Source: a virus (taxonomy: Duplodnaviria; Caudoviricetes). From it: a stretch of 61,804 bases of DNA. The notes beneath the pieces were generated by a model. It worked only from the letters and a program-made list of their open reading frames with translations. It ran no database searches and was not told where the DNA came from. Of this stretch, positions 36,617 through 45,704 are shown piece by piece. The translations under genes were made by a program, and so were the position numbers. How positions within the stretch are numbered: the stretch's first letter is position 1; each line of letters starts with the position of its first letter. The stretch covers positions 1 through 61,804 of the IMG/VR virus record IMGVR_UViG_3300047392_000043; one strand, written 5' to 3'.

Positions 36617-39376
36617 TTATGCTGCCTTATCGTTGCTATCAACACTTAACAAGATATTACCTGCCAATGCTGGATTGTTTTTAATCATTGCAAGTGCATA
36701 AGCATTTGCAGCCGCTTTATTTGCAAAGCTCTTTGGTACACCTTTTTGCTTGTACACTTTGCCCGAATCTTTAAAGCGAATGTAGTATGTGTATTGTGGA
36801 GCTTGGACTTCTGGACGATCCCAACCTTCATCATTGGCACCACCGTCTTGTTGATAAGCATAAGATTGACGCTTGCCCATACCTGCTACACTTGAGTCAT
36901 AATCACGTTGATAAGCATCACGGCGATCATAGCGTCCATAACCAGCTTCGGCCATTGCACTTTGCATGATATTGCCAACACGAGCAGCCGCTTGTTCACG
37001 TACACCACCGCCAAAATAAGCAATGATTTCTTTGAAACCTTCTTCGGTGTTTAGTGTATTTTGTAGCAGTTCTTTGCTGTCTGGCTTCATTTTATCAAAC
37101 TTGTCTAACAACTGTCGAGCAATGTTTGGAGCAATAACGCTTTCGGTACCGTCTGCTAATTCAATCTTAGTTGGCTTTTCGTAATCGCTTGCTTTACGAA
37201 TTTGCATGATAATGTTTTGATCAGCTGCCGCTTGATCGCCCGGAGTAGCTTCGTCACCATCAGCTTCTACCACTGGGTCTACACCAGCTTCTTGATCTAA
37301 ACGTTGTGTAATCCACTCATAAGGGTCACCCTCACGAGCCTTTTGTACGCCATATGGCATTTCGCCAGACTCTGAATAATATGCAAACAATGCGTCAAAG
37401 AAGTCTTGGTTTTCATCAATGTCGCCACCTGCTTTAAACTTGGCATAGTCAGCACTGTACTTGCTTAGGATACCTTCTAATGTGTCAGAACCTTCGCTAA
37501 ATGCCGCTGGCGGATTGTCACGCAACATTTGTTCAACGTGCTTGACCCAACCTGATACATCACTGCTACCAATTTCTTCTACATCACCTACAAAGTCAGC
37601 AACTTCGTCAATGGCTTGCATTACTAATACCGGACCATAATCTTTTAATAAATCTAAACGCTGAGTCATAATGCGTCGAGCAATAGCAGATGCTACTGGA
37701 CTATCTTCGCCTTCTTTGATTTGAACACCAGCTTGTTGCAATTGTTTAACTGCATCAGCATCTAAATTAACACTGCCGTCATCTTCTTGTTCTGTGTCTA
37801 ATTCAATTTGGCCATTCTTATTGAACTTGGCGTTAGTTGTTTTACCTGTTGGGGCAAATTGTGTGCGGCCTGTACCACCAGATGTACCTGTACTTGGGAT
37901 AGTACCTACTGTAGCGTTTGGATCACCTTCTAATACACCTTGCTTGCTTTCGCCAATCTTTTTAACTACTGCCGCGCCTGCTTGCGCTTGTTCAGGTGGT
38001 AGTGTGGCCAACTTAGCATTAGTGTATTGTGTAACTTTATCATCGCCGCCCAATTTGTCTGAAGCCATGTCCCATAGCTTTTCTACACCCTTCATGCCTA
38101 ACTTGGCCGCACTGTAAGCACCGTATGCGGCAAATGGGATACCTAACAATGGACCTAAGATAGCAACAATAGCAGGAGCGCCAGCGGCAGCTATCCCGCC
38201 CAATGCCAAGCCTGCGGCACCTTTTACTAGAGCTGGTGCATCTTCGTCCATCTTAGCGTAATCTTCGTGTCCAATGTAAAAATCAGTTTCAGGATCGTAG
38301 TACTTGCCTTCTTTTGGATCGTAATAAACAACTTTACCACTGCGAGTAGAGAATGGGCCTTCTAAGCCTGGACGCTCTGTGTAACGTTCTTTGTCAATAC
38401 CGCGAGTTACTGTGTAGCCTTCTGCTACGTCTTTCTTTTTAGCTGTAGGTGCTCTTAATACACCGTCTTTGTCTCTAACTAATCCAAGCATGGCAGACAT
38501 ATCTTTAGCACCTTTAAGCGCACCCTGAGCTAGTTTCTTTTCTTTTGACCCCATCTTAGGTGCAGAATCTTTTGAAGCTTCTTCTAAATCTTTTTTATTG
38601 TCTATATCCTTCTGACGTAAGCTGTTTTTCATCGTATCAATTTTCTTACCTGCGCCAACTTGATCAGCGTTTGCATCCTTGGCCGCTTGATTGTATGCAC
38701 GTTTTTGTTTCTTTAATTCTGCGCCTTCTGCTACACCTTCAGTTACTGCATGTGGATGACGAACGTATAATACATTACCACCGGACGTGATATAGTGTGG
38801 TAAGCGTTGGCTATCACCGTGCATGTATTCTGTACCTGCAACTGGGATACGGCGTACTTTATTGTCAATTCCGTAAATGATATAAGACTTACCATCTTGG
38901 CTTAGTCGGCTTTGATCGTAAATTACATGTTGCTGACCACCACCTGCGGCAGCTCGAGCACCTGCAACTCGTTGCTTACGAATTTCGTTTTGTTCAGCGT
39001 CCCATACTTGACGTTCGGTAGAGCGTTGGTGCTCACGCTGGCGTCTTAATTCTTTATAGTTAGGGCTAAAAATGTCAGACAACTGTTGGCCAACTGAATG
39101 ATTCAAACCTGGATAATGTGGATTTGCGCCGCCTTGTGCTTGTGCATTACTTGCGCCACTCATTGCCATACCGGCGGCAAGCGCGGCTGGTACAATCTTT
39201 TTAGCAACATGATGCAACATATCTTTCGCACCTTCAGACAATTCACCTTCGACAATTTGAATAGTGTCGTACGGATCCTTGTACTTTTTAATTTGCTCAA
39301 GTACAACACCTTCGTGTAAGCGGCTGGTAATTTGTTTAACTACACGGCCTTCGTTGATTAGTCTAATGCGAATCAT
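36617..39376 (-). CDS. large modular putative internal head polyprotein
   Basis: 919 aa of short modules separated by VAEG/LEEA/IKEG/LSEG-type sites. Confidence 0.6.
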   Translation of the reverse strand: MIRIRLINEGRVVKQITSRLHEGVVLEQIKKYKDPYDTIQIVEGELSEGAKDMLHHVAKKIVPAALAAGMAMSGASNAQAQGGANPHYPGLNHSVGQQLSDIFSPNYKELRRQREHQRSTERQVWDAEQNEIRKQRVAGARAAAGGGQQHVIYDQSRLSQDGKSYIIYGIDNKVRRIPVAGTEYMHGDSQRLPHYITSGGNVLYVRHPHAVTEGVAEGAELKKQKRAYNQAAKDANADQVGAGKKIDTMKNSLRQKDIDNKKDLEEASKDSAPKMGSKEKKLAQGALKGAKDMSAMLGLVRDKDGVLRAPTAKKKDVAEGYTVTRGIDKERYTERPGLEGPFSTRSGKVVYYDPKEGKYYDPETDFYIGHEDYAKMDEDAPALVKGAAGLALGGIAAAGAPAIVAILGPLLGIPFAAYGAYSAAKLGMKGVEKLWDMASDKLGGDDKVTQYTNAKLATLPPEQAQAGAAVVKKIGESKQGVLEGDPNATVGTIPSTGTSGGTGRTQFAPTGKTTNAKFNKNGQIELDTEQEDDGSVNLDADAVKQLQQAGVQIKEGEDSPVASAIARRIMTQRLDLLKDYGPVLVMQAIDEVADFVGDVEEIGSSDVSGWVKHVEQMLRDNPPAAFSEGSDTLEGILSKYSADYAKFKAGGDIDENQDFFDALFAYYSESGEMPYGVQKAREGDPYEWITQRLDQEAGVDPVVEADGDEATPGDQAAADQNIIMQIRKASDYEKPTKIELADGTESVIAPNIARQLLDKFDKMKPDSKELLQNTLNTEEGFKEIIAYFGGGVREQAAARVGNIMQSAMAEAGYGRYDRRDAYQRDYDSSVAGMGKRQSYAYQQDGGANDEGWDRPEVQAPQYTYYIRFKDSGKVYKQKGVPKSFANKAAANAYALAMIKNNPALAGNILLSVDSNDKAA

Positions 39377-39387
39377 TTTTGTCCCTT

Positions 39388-40263
39388 TTATGGTTTATCG
39401 TGAATTTCTGGCTGATCATCTGTGCCGCCAATTATTTTGTATGTTAGGCCCATTTTTTTAATTTTGGCCAACATTTCTTTGTATTCTTCTGCGCCTTGTG
39501 CTACTAACACAGTGTCGCTATCGTCTTGCCCAAATTCATGGGGGTCAATTATTTTATTATTCCAATAATTGCCAATTTTGTACCAATCTAAATCCCCAGG
39601 TGTATTTACTACAATGGTATATTTTGGATTAGATAGCGTGTCTTTGGCATAACCTTGTGGATCAGGCTCTCGTGTTAAACCTTCCATTAAGCGATAGTTT
39701 TGTGTTGCTTGTTCTACTACACGAATACACTCGCGAATAAAGTTTGCATCCTCATCTGTAATACCACGGCTTCCACGACCGCCTTTGCGTCTTAATCGTG
39801 CAAGTTCATTGTAAGCGGCTACAATGGTATTGATTGTGTTTGTTAATTGTTTAATGTTTTCAGCAGAGCGACGGAATGCACCACCATGTTCAATGCTGAG
39901 ATCTTGTGCTAGTGCGGCGGCCTCTTTACGTGCTTTATCACGTAGAGCTTTTAAGCTATAACGGCCGGCACCACCTAATACTGCTACTTCTGTGTCGCTC
40001 ATTGGGTTTTCACGATCTAAACGATAGATAACATTATCGTGATTTAATACGTGTGCTTCTTCTACGTTTTCAAACACACCTTGACCAATTCCCTTAGGAC
40101 CCGGTACATACTTTTGTCCAACAGCGGCTCTAGCGTTCTTTCGCTTTTCTTTTGGTGTCTTACCACGTACAAACAGCGGATAAGCCACTGTAGCGATGTC
40201 AGCAGACGCAGTTGCACCAGCAGAAGCATCTTCAGACATCATAATTAATTCACGTAGTTTCAT
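39388..40263 (-). CDS. putative virion/internal head protein
   Basis: MKLRELIMMSEDASAGATASADIA N-terminus; ATAAATA 5 nt before the ATG. Confidence 0.65.
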   Translation of the reverse strand: MKLRELIMMSEDASAGATASADIATVAYPLFVRGKTPKEKRKNARAAVGQKYVPGPKGIGQGVFENVEEAHVLNHDNVIYRLDRENPMSDTEVAVLGGAGRYSLKALRDKARKEAAALAQDLSIEHGGAFRRSAENIKQLTNTINTIVAAYNELARLRRKGGRGSRGITDEDANFIRECIRVVEQATQNYRLMEGLTREPDPQGYAKDTLSNPKYTIVVNTPGDLDWYKIGNYWNNKIIDPHEFGQDDSDTVLVAQGAEEYKEMLAKIKKMGLTYKIIGGTDDQPEIHDKP

Positions 40264-40268
40264 AGATA

Positions 40269-40350
40269 TATTTATTGTTTTTGCACATTAACCTTCACTC
40301 TATTTACCAAACACGAAAGTGGTCCTGTTTTTGGTCCATTTTAATAAATA
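40269..40350. promoter_or_regulatory. divergent pair of T4-like late promoters (ATAAATA)
   Basis: ATAAATA on the minus strand at 40269-40275 and on the plus strand at 40344-40350. Confidence 0.6.
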
Positions 40351-40375
40351 CTACTATAGATAAAGGATTGCCAAG

Positions 40376-40657
40376 ATGGGTGAGTTTTTCAAATTAGTAG
40401 CAGAGGTAGGCTTTCCAATTGCTGCCGCTATTGCCGCTGGCTACTTTGTATTTTTAACGCTAAAGTTTATTTTAGCTGGTGTTACATCAAGTGTAGCAAG
40501 CCTTAAAGGCATCATTGAAGCCTTAGATAATCGTGTTAAAACAATGAACCACGACGTTATTCGCATTGACACTATTGTGTCTAATGCCTTAGGCTTAAAG
40601 CCAGACACATCACGTATTGCGCGAGCAGACGGTAAAAACGATGCGAGACGCGATTAA
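40376..40657 (+). CDS. YvrJ-like single-TM protein (GFPI motif)
   Basis: VGFPIAAAIAAGYFVF followed by a coiled coil. Confidence 0.65.
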   Translation: MGEFFKLVAEVGFPIAAAIAAGYFVFLTLKFILAGVTSSVASLKGIIEALDNRVKTMNHDVIRIDTIVSNALGLKPDTSRIARADGKNDARRD

Positions 40658-40857
40658 TGCTACACTTTGATTACAACTGGGATCTAAGACCAGATAGAAT
40701 TATACTTGACGAGGAATTAAACATTGACCGTTTAGGTTGGAAAGCCGGCGACTATTTTAAAGTCGTCAATGTAAATGGCCGTGCAATGTTAATTAAAGTA
40801 GATCCACTTACAGCGTTTGTTCGCGATGGCGGTGCAGAATTGGCAGGAAAAGAATAA
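40657..40857 (+). CDS. hypothetical protein, possibly AbrB-like swapped hairpin
   Basis: IILDEEL...LGWKAGDYFKV; TAATG couplings on both sides. Confidence 0.5.
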   Translation: MLHFDYNWDLRPDRIILDEELNIDRLGWKAGDYFKVVNVNGRAMLIKVDPLTAFVRDGGAELAGKE

Positions 40858-41186
40858 TGGATATTGCAACACTAATCAACAAATACGGCTTCCCGATTGT
40901 GGCCGCAGGCGGCATGGGATACTTGATATTTTACGTATGGCAATGGGCAACACAAGATATTAAGCCAGTGTTAAGCGCGGCTTCTAATACGTTAATTGCA
41001 CTAATTGATCGTGTGCGTATGCTAGACAACGATTTAATTCGCTTAAATCAAAAGGTAGATGTAGTGCTACACCTACGTGGCAAGATCATTGACGGTGAGC
41101 GTGTAGTTGAACAGCAAAAAGTAGATCGCGAAGCTGATGAAAAGTTCCGCGATGCTGTTAATATGGACAAGCCAGTTAAGAAATAA
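40857..41186 (+). CDS. YvrJ-like single-TM protein, paralog of 40376
   Basis: YGFPIVAAGGMGYLIF; LIDRVRMLDNDLIRL aligns with LDNRVKTMNHDVIRI. Confidence 0.65.
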   Translation: MDIATLINKYGFPIVAAGGMGYLIFYVWQWATQDIKPVLSAASNTLIALIDRVRMLDNDLIRLNQKVDVVLHLRGKIIDGERVVEQQKVDREADEKFRDAVNMDKPVKK

Positions 41187-41559
41187 TCAAGCCGTCCTGA
41201 GCAAAACCCTCAACAACCGAGTCATAATAATGCTGACTCGGTTTTTCATTGGCAAGTTTTGTTCTATAATGCGGGGTCATATAATATACCCAAGCACGTT
41301 TATTCTGACGATCATGTTCTACATTGGCTACAACACGGTCATAAAATGTAGGATACCCTTCGCGGTAATCTAAATCCTGCAATTCTGTTTCATCAATGTC
41401 CCACAATATACCAACTGTGGCATCGCCCTTTGATTCGAATACGTTAGCAAACTGTAGCATTTCCCACTTGTAATCTAATAGTACTGCGGGACCCAAACGC
41501 TTACTGGTTTTAGACATAGCATTATTATTGGTATTCATACCATATGCAAAATATAACAA
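41176..41559 (-). CDS. gamma-glutamylcyclotransferase (AIG2-like)
   Basis: LYFAYGMN, GILW, LDYREGYP, AWVY, PS..Y. Confidence 0.88.
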   Translation of the reverse strand: MLYFAYGMNTNNNAMSKTSKRLGPAVLLDYKWEMLQFANVFESKGDATVGILWDIDETELQDLDYREGYPTFYDRVVANVEHDRQNKRAWVYYMTPHYRTKLANEKPSQHYYDSVVEGFAQDGLIIS

Positions 41560-41560
41560 C

Positions 41561-42220
41561 TTAAACTCCTAATAAATGAATATTGTTTTCGATGTGTTCC
41601 CACACACCTGTTGGGTTGCCGTCGGCAAACACTAACTGGCAACTGATGGTTATCCTAAAGCCGTGCCCTTGTACGACTGTATGAGGTTGATTTGTACGTA
41701 ATATAGCACTGGGTACATTGGACTGTGTTTCAAATACAGGTCCCGGCAGGTCGTGCCATTGAATACGACCTGCCGCTAAATCCTCTACGCAATCGGCCAT
41801 TACATTAACTCGTGCTTGCGAATATTCTGTAGCTGGGTATTCTTTTATGGTAATCGGTAAGTCTCGACTATCCCACCAGCATATTGTGCCTGGAGATTCT
41901 GCTAATTCATAGTAGCTTAAACGTGCTTCTAATAGCGTAGGTTGGCGATTGTAATACACACCGTCAGCATGTATAGCATAAGAAGTTGAATCAGCATCGC
42001 CAGCAAATAGCGTAACAGCTCTTGTCCGCAATCCTAACAACTCTATCAGCTGATTGGTTTGAGCAATAGTCTTTGGGAACAATTCAGTTACTGTACCTAC
42101 ATTAACAAGTCCGTGACCAGTGCCTGCATATTTGGTTTGTAAAGCAGGCAACTGGTTAGCAATAAAAGATTCCTTTTCCTCGGGATCAATCGCCAATGAC
42201 AACGGATAAAAGTATGTCAT
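41561..42220 (-). CDS. putative cupin/2OG-Fe(II)-like protein
   Basis: IHADG ... PHTV ... RITIS. Confidence 0.5.
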   Translation of the reverse strand: MTYFYPLSLAIDPEEKESFIANQLPALQTKYAGTGHGLVNVGTVTELFPKTIAQTNQLIELLGLRTRAVTLFAGDADSTSYAIHADGVYYNRQPTLLEARLSYYELAESPGTICWWDSRDLPITIKEYPATEYSQARVNVMADCVEDLAAGRIQWHDLPGPVFETQSNVPSAILRTNQPHTVVQGHGFRITISCQLVFADGNPTGVWEHIENNIHLLGV

Positions 42221-44253
42221 TTACTTGTGGCACGATATGTACCATCCCAATTAGCCGGCAAGCCTTCGTTCATGCGCTCTAGCATATTTTCATAGTACTG
42301 CTTTAGTTCGTTATCTAGCTTAATCAGCTTTTCGCACTGCTTGATAGCACGAGTCCAATCGCCGCGATAGTATGCAGTTAGATATGTGTCGTGTAGCGTT
42401 GTATTAGTAGTTCCTAACGTGTAGATCTTTACGCCTACATTCTTACCTTTAACTGCAATACAATCTAATTCAACTACCGGGTATTCGTTTTGAACAAGCT
42501 CAGCAGTTCGCTGTCCGAGTACAATTCGTACGCCATAAGGCTTACTTTGTCCCTCAAGTCGGCTCGCAAGATTGACGCCATCGCCCAAGCAAGTATAGTC
42601 AAAACGCTGATCAGATCCCATGTTACCGACCACAACAACTGCACTATTAATCCCAAGACCCATACCAAAAGGCGGGATACCTTCTGCCGTAACTTCTCGA
42701 TTAAACTCATCCAAACTCTCCATCATTTCTAATGCTGTCTTAACAGCCATATGTGCGTGACGTTCTTCGTCAACCGGAGCGTTCCAGAACGCCATTTGTG
42801 CATCGCCAATATACTTGTCTAATGTGCCGTTATTGTCAATGATCTTTTTAGTCATTGCAGTCATATAACGGTTCATAATTTTAGTAAGTCCTTGCACGTC
42901 CTTACCATAGTGTTCGGAAATAGTAGTAAAGCCACGAACGTCTGTAAACATAATTGATAGTTCGCGTTCATCGCCGCCTAGCTGTAGCATCTCCGGATTC
43001 TTTTGCAACTTAGCAACAAGTGCTGGACTTAGGTACGTGCCAAACTGCTTTTTAATTTGTTGCTTTTGCTTAAATTCAACTACAAAGCAAGCAAATAAAC
43101 CATGTCCATACAATACAGTAGCCGCAAAGGCCAAATAGTAAATGTCCCACAGCTGGCTATAAGTTTGCCATGCATAGAAGCTTCCGCCAACTACTGATCC
43201 TAGTGTAACAAATAGTGCCGCACCTACTGCCCAAAACGGCAATCGAGGCATAACGAAAATTAGTAGAAACGCTATCAGCACAATTGCTAATAGTTCAATG
43301 CTTCGTGCAAATGCAGGACGTACTGGACTGTCACCGTCAAGTAATGTTTGTACTGTTTGTGCTTGAATATCATGTGCCCACGCTTCGCCATTTGGGGTGG
43401 CAATAATACTGCCCAATCCTTCAACGCCTAAACCCAGCACAACAACTTTACCTCGAAGGTCTACTTTTTTCTTAGACAATTCAGATAGTTCATAACGTGT
43501 AAAGTTCTTGTTCCAACGTAGCCAAATACGGGCATGCTCGTCTGTGGTAATAACAGGTTGTCCAGCAATACGTACCTTTTCAATGCCAGCTGAACTCATT
43601 TTAACTTGATAGCTGGTTTGCCCTGTGGCAACACGAAGTGCTTCGATAGGCAAGCTGGGATAGATTTGATCGCCTACTGCCACTACCAATGGCATACGAC
43701 GAACAACACCGTCTACTTCAGGTGCAACAACACTAGTACCTACACCAGAAGCCGCGTCGGCTAACGGCTTGTAAGGACTTAACGCACCCGGCCAAGCAAA
43801 TGCCCAATCTAAAGTGTCACCGCCAATAACAGCAACACCACGACGAACAGCGTCAGGCTTTTTATTTTGTGTAGTAGGTGCTTGAGCAATAACACTGTTA
43901 GTGTGACTTAGTGTATTAACTAAATCTTTGTCTCCGCCTAGACGATCTGCTTCGCTCATAATAACAGGAACAACAATAGCTGATGCACCCATCTCTTGAA
44001 TACGATCAATGGCTCGTGCTAGATCTTTGCGTGGCCAAGGCCACTGGCCCAAGCGTTCTATAGAAGCTTCGCCAATGTCAATGATAACAACACGATCAGA
44101 ATCAACTGGCGTGTCTGTAGCAAGTAATGTGTCAAAGCCTTTGAGCTGTATGCTTTCAACAGGCTTGGGGTTGGAGATTTTTAATGCAACAAGTACAACT
44201 GCCGTAACAGCTACCCATGCAATACTCCATGGTCCAGGAATAAAGTTTTTCAT
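42217..44253 (-). CDS. CHASE2-domain class III adenylate/guanylate cyclase
   Basis: LGQWPWPR and DGVVRR (CHASE2), TM bundle, FTDVRGFT, DKYIGDA, DYTCLGDGVNLASRLEG, VKGK; K/D residues indicate ATP specificity. Confidence 0.93.
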   Translation of the reverse strand: MKNFIPGPWSIAWVAVTAVVLVALKISNPKPVESIQLKGFDTLLATDTPVDSDRVVIIDIGEASIERLGQWPWPRKDLARAIDRIQEMGASAIVVPVIMSEADRLGGDKDLVNTLSHTNSVIAQAPTTQNKKPDAVRRGVAVIGGDTLDWAFAWPGALSPYKPLADAASGVGTSVVAPEVDGVVRRMPLVVAVGDQIYPSLPIEALRVATGQTSYQVKMSSAGIEKVRIAGQPVITTDEHARIWLRWNKNFTRYELSELSKKKVDLRGKVVVLGLGVEGLGSIIATPNGEAWAHDIQAQTVQTLLDGDSPVRPAFARSIELLAIVLIAFLLIFVMPRLPFWAVGAALFVTLGSVVGGSFYAWQTYSQLWDIYYLAFAATVLYGHGLFACFVVEFKQKQQIKKQFGTYLSPALVAKLQKNPEMLQLGGDERELSIMFTDVRGFTTISEHYGKDVQGLTKIMNRYMTAMTKKIIDNNGTLDKYIGDAQMAFWNAPVDEERHAHMAVKTALEMMESLDEFNREVTAEGIPPFGMGLGINSAVVVVGNMGSDQRFDYTCLGDGVNLASRLEGQSKPYGVRIVLGQRTAELVQNEYPVVELDCIAVKGKNVGVKIYTLGTTNTTLHDTYLTAYYRGDWTRAIKQCEKLIKLDNELKQYYENMLERMNEGLPANWDGTYRATSK

Positions 44254-44258
44254 ACTAT

Positions 44259-44287
44259 AATTTAGCATATTTTAATCTGAAAGTCAA
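44259..44287 (-). promoter_or_regulatory. sigma70-type promoter for the cyclase, probably giving a leaderless mRNA
   Basis: TTGACT-17 nt-TAAATT with extended TG; ATG lies 5 nt downstream. Confidence 0.6.
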
Positions 44288-44350
44288 GTCAAACAAAGGA
44301 CCAGGATCAATCGTAGCTATTCATTAAGAACCATATACGATATCATAGTC

Positions 44351-44447
44351 TTCGTGTTAACCATATTTTTGCGGCACATAATTTTTACGGTGCATCCATA
44401 TTTTTGCGGGTTAAAATTATTCTTATTGTGTTTTTGGTTAACACGAA
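44351..44447. repeat. 13-bp perfect inverted repeat enclosing three direct repeats
   Basis: TTCGTGTTAACCA (44351-44363) and TGGTTAACACGAA (44435-44447); CCATATTTTTGCGG occurs twice plus a variant CATAATTTTTACGG. Confidence 0.8.
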
Positions 44448-44469
44448 AAATTTGATTACAAGATGAAAG

Positions 44470-44865
44470 TTTTGCTAGATTGTGAGCTCATACGACACCC
44501 TGATAACGGGCGTCGTGAGTGGTTGTTTGCTGAGTTATATCGCCACACTGAGACAACAGGTGTTTGGGATTCCACGTTTCTGGGCTCTGTACCTTACCCT
44601 ACCTGCTACGATTTTTAAAGCAACCTCGGTGTCATGTGTTGCTATGAACGTATTGGATCTAAGTTAGCTTACGCTACACTCAACCTGTATACTAATATTC
44701 AAACGTAAAACCCAAAGGGGCATCGTTTTAAGGCATCCGTACTGAGACGGGTAGTGAATAATAGTCCGTGGCGTACTCACAGAATTGGGCATCGGCACAC
44801 ACTTAGATGCTTACCCAGCAGAATATCAACCGGCCTGCTAACCTTTTGTTACGCTTGATTATTGT
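44470..44865 (-). ncRNA. candidate large structured non-coding RNA
   Basis: No credible ORF; many nested helices whose G-U pairs work only on the minus strand; TAAGTA late-promoter-like motif at 44870-44875. Confidence 0.5.
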
Positions 44866-44911
44866 GTGTTACTTACGACTGCAAGACCTGGACCAGTCTT
44901 CAAAGATGACG

Positions 44912-45703
44912 TTATTGGGCAGGCTCGGGAGTCCACGACATGCTTTTGCCGCCTTTTTGTAATGGAGCAAAGCCTTGCCCTTTATAGAACTTTGTTAGCT
45001 TGGCTTGACTAACTTGTCCCTTGTCCCATGGGAATAATGTAAGTGCAATACCATCTTCGCGAGCCATAGCTTGTAGCTCTTTCATTGCACGACTACCTAT
45101 GCCTGCACGTAGCGGGTATGCTTGAAACCACTTGACTTCGACTGCACCACGCTTACTAAAACTTGGAACAAGTTCAAACATAGCAAACTGTTCTTCACCA
45201 AAAGGCATAACGTGATTGTTTTGCCATGTTTGTGGGTACTTTGCATAGACCTTTTCAATCCAGGCTTTAGCATCTGCGTTGCCGCCTAGCTTAATGTCAG
45301 CTTCATCAACTGGACCTAAGCTAGCATGATAGGCGCTGTTAAGATCCCACCACTCGCCTGGAAAATATTCTACTTCTAACATGTTAGCAGGCACTGCGCC
45401 TGGCACAATGATTTCGTTGTCATCGCGTTGGATGCCATTTTCGTTGTCGGGATATACACCAAATTTAGTAACTAACGCCGACCACTTAACACGAAATAAT
45501 GTAGCTTCTTCTTTACTAACATGATAGTATCCGCCTTCAGGATCGTATGCAAAATAAACACCTGGACCAGCATAGCCATCTTTACTTGGCTGCAATCCCT
45601 TTGTTAATACACTTTTTAAACCAGCCGCTTGATCAGGCAGGTAGCTAGCATGATAAACATACATGCCCGGAGAATTACTTTCAAACAGTTCGCGTATTAG
45701 CAT
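44912..45703 (-). CDS. ADP-ribosyltransferase-like domain fused to a GNAT acetyltransferase
   Basis: YHAS...GLQPS..G.AGPGVYFA...NEIIV (H-Y-E ART pattern); RAGIGSRAM...KFYKGQGF (GNAT motifs A and B); starts MLIRELFE. Confidence 0.65.
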   Translation of the reverse strand: MLIRELFESNSPGMYVYHASYLPDQAAGLKSVLTKGLQPSKDGYAGPGVYFAYDPEGGYYHVSKEEATLFRVKWSALVTKFGVYPDNENGIQRDDNEIIVPGAVPANMLEVEYFPGEWWDLNSAYHASLGPVDEADIKLGGNADAKAWIEKVYAKYPQTWQNNHVMPFGEEQFAMFELVPSFSKRGAVEVKWFQAYPLRAGIGSRAMKELQAMAREDGIALTLFPWDKGQVSQAKLTKFYKGQGFAPLQKGGKSMSWTPEPAQ

Positions 45704-45704
45704 A

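Noticed and set aside
44482-44667. 61-aa plus-strand ORF in the intergenic gap
   Set aside because: GTG start with no SD, no motif, and it overlaps the helices of the candidate RNA.
44470-44905. tRNA, tmRNA, RNase P or group I intron identity for the gap
   Set aside because: I could not see a T-loop/CCA, tag ORF, P4 consensus or interrupted gene by eye; a covariance search is still needed.
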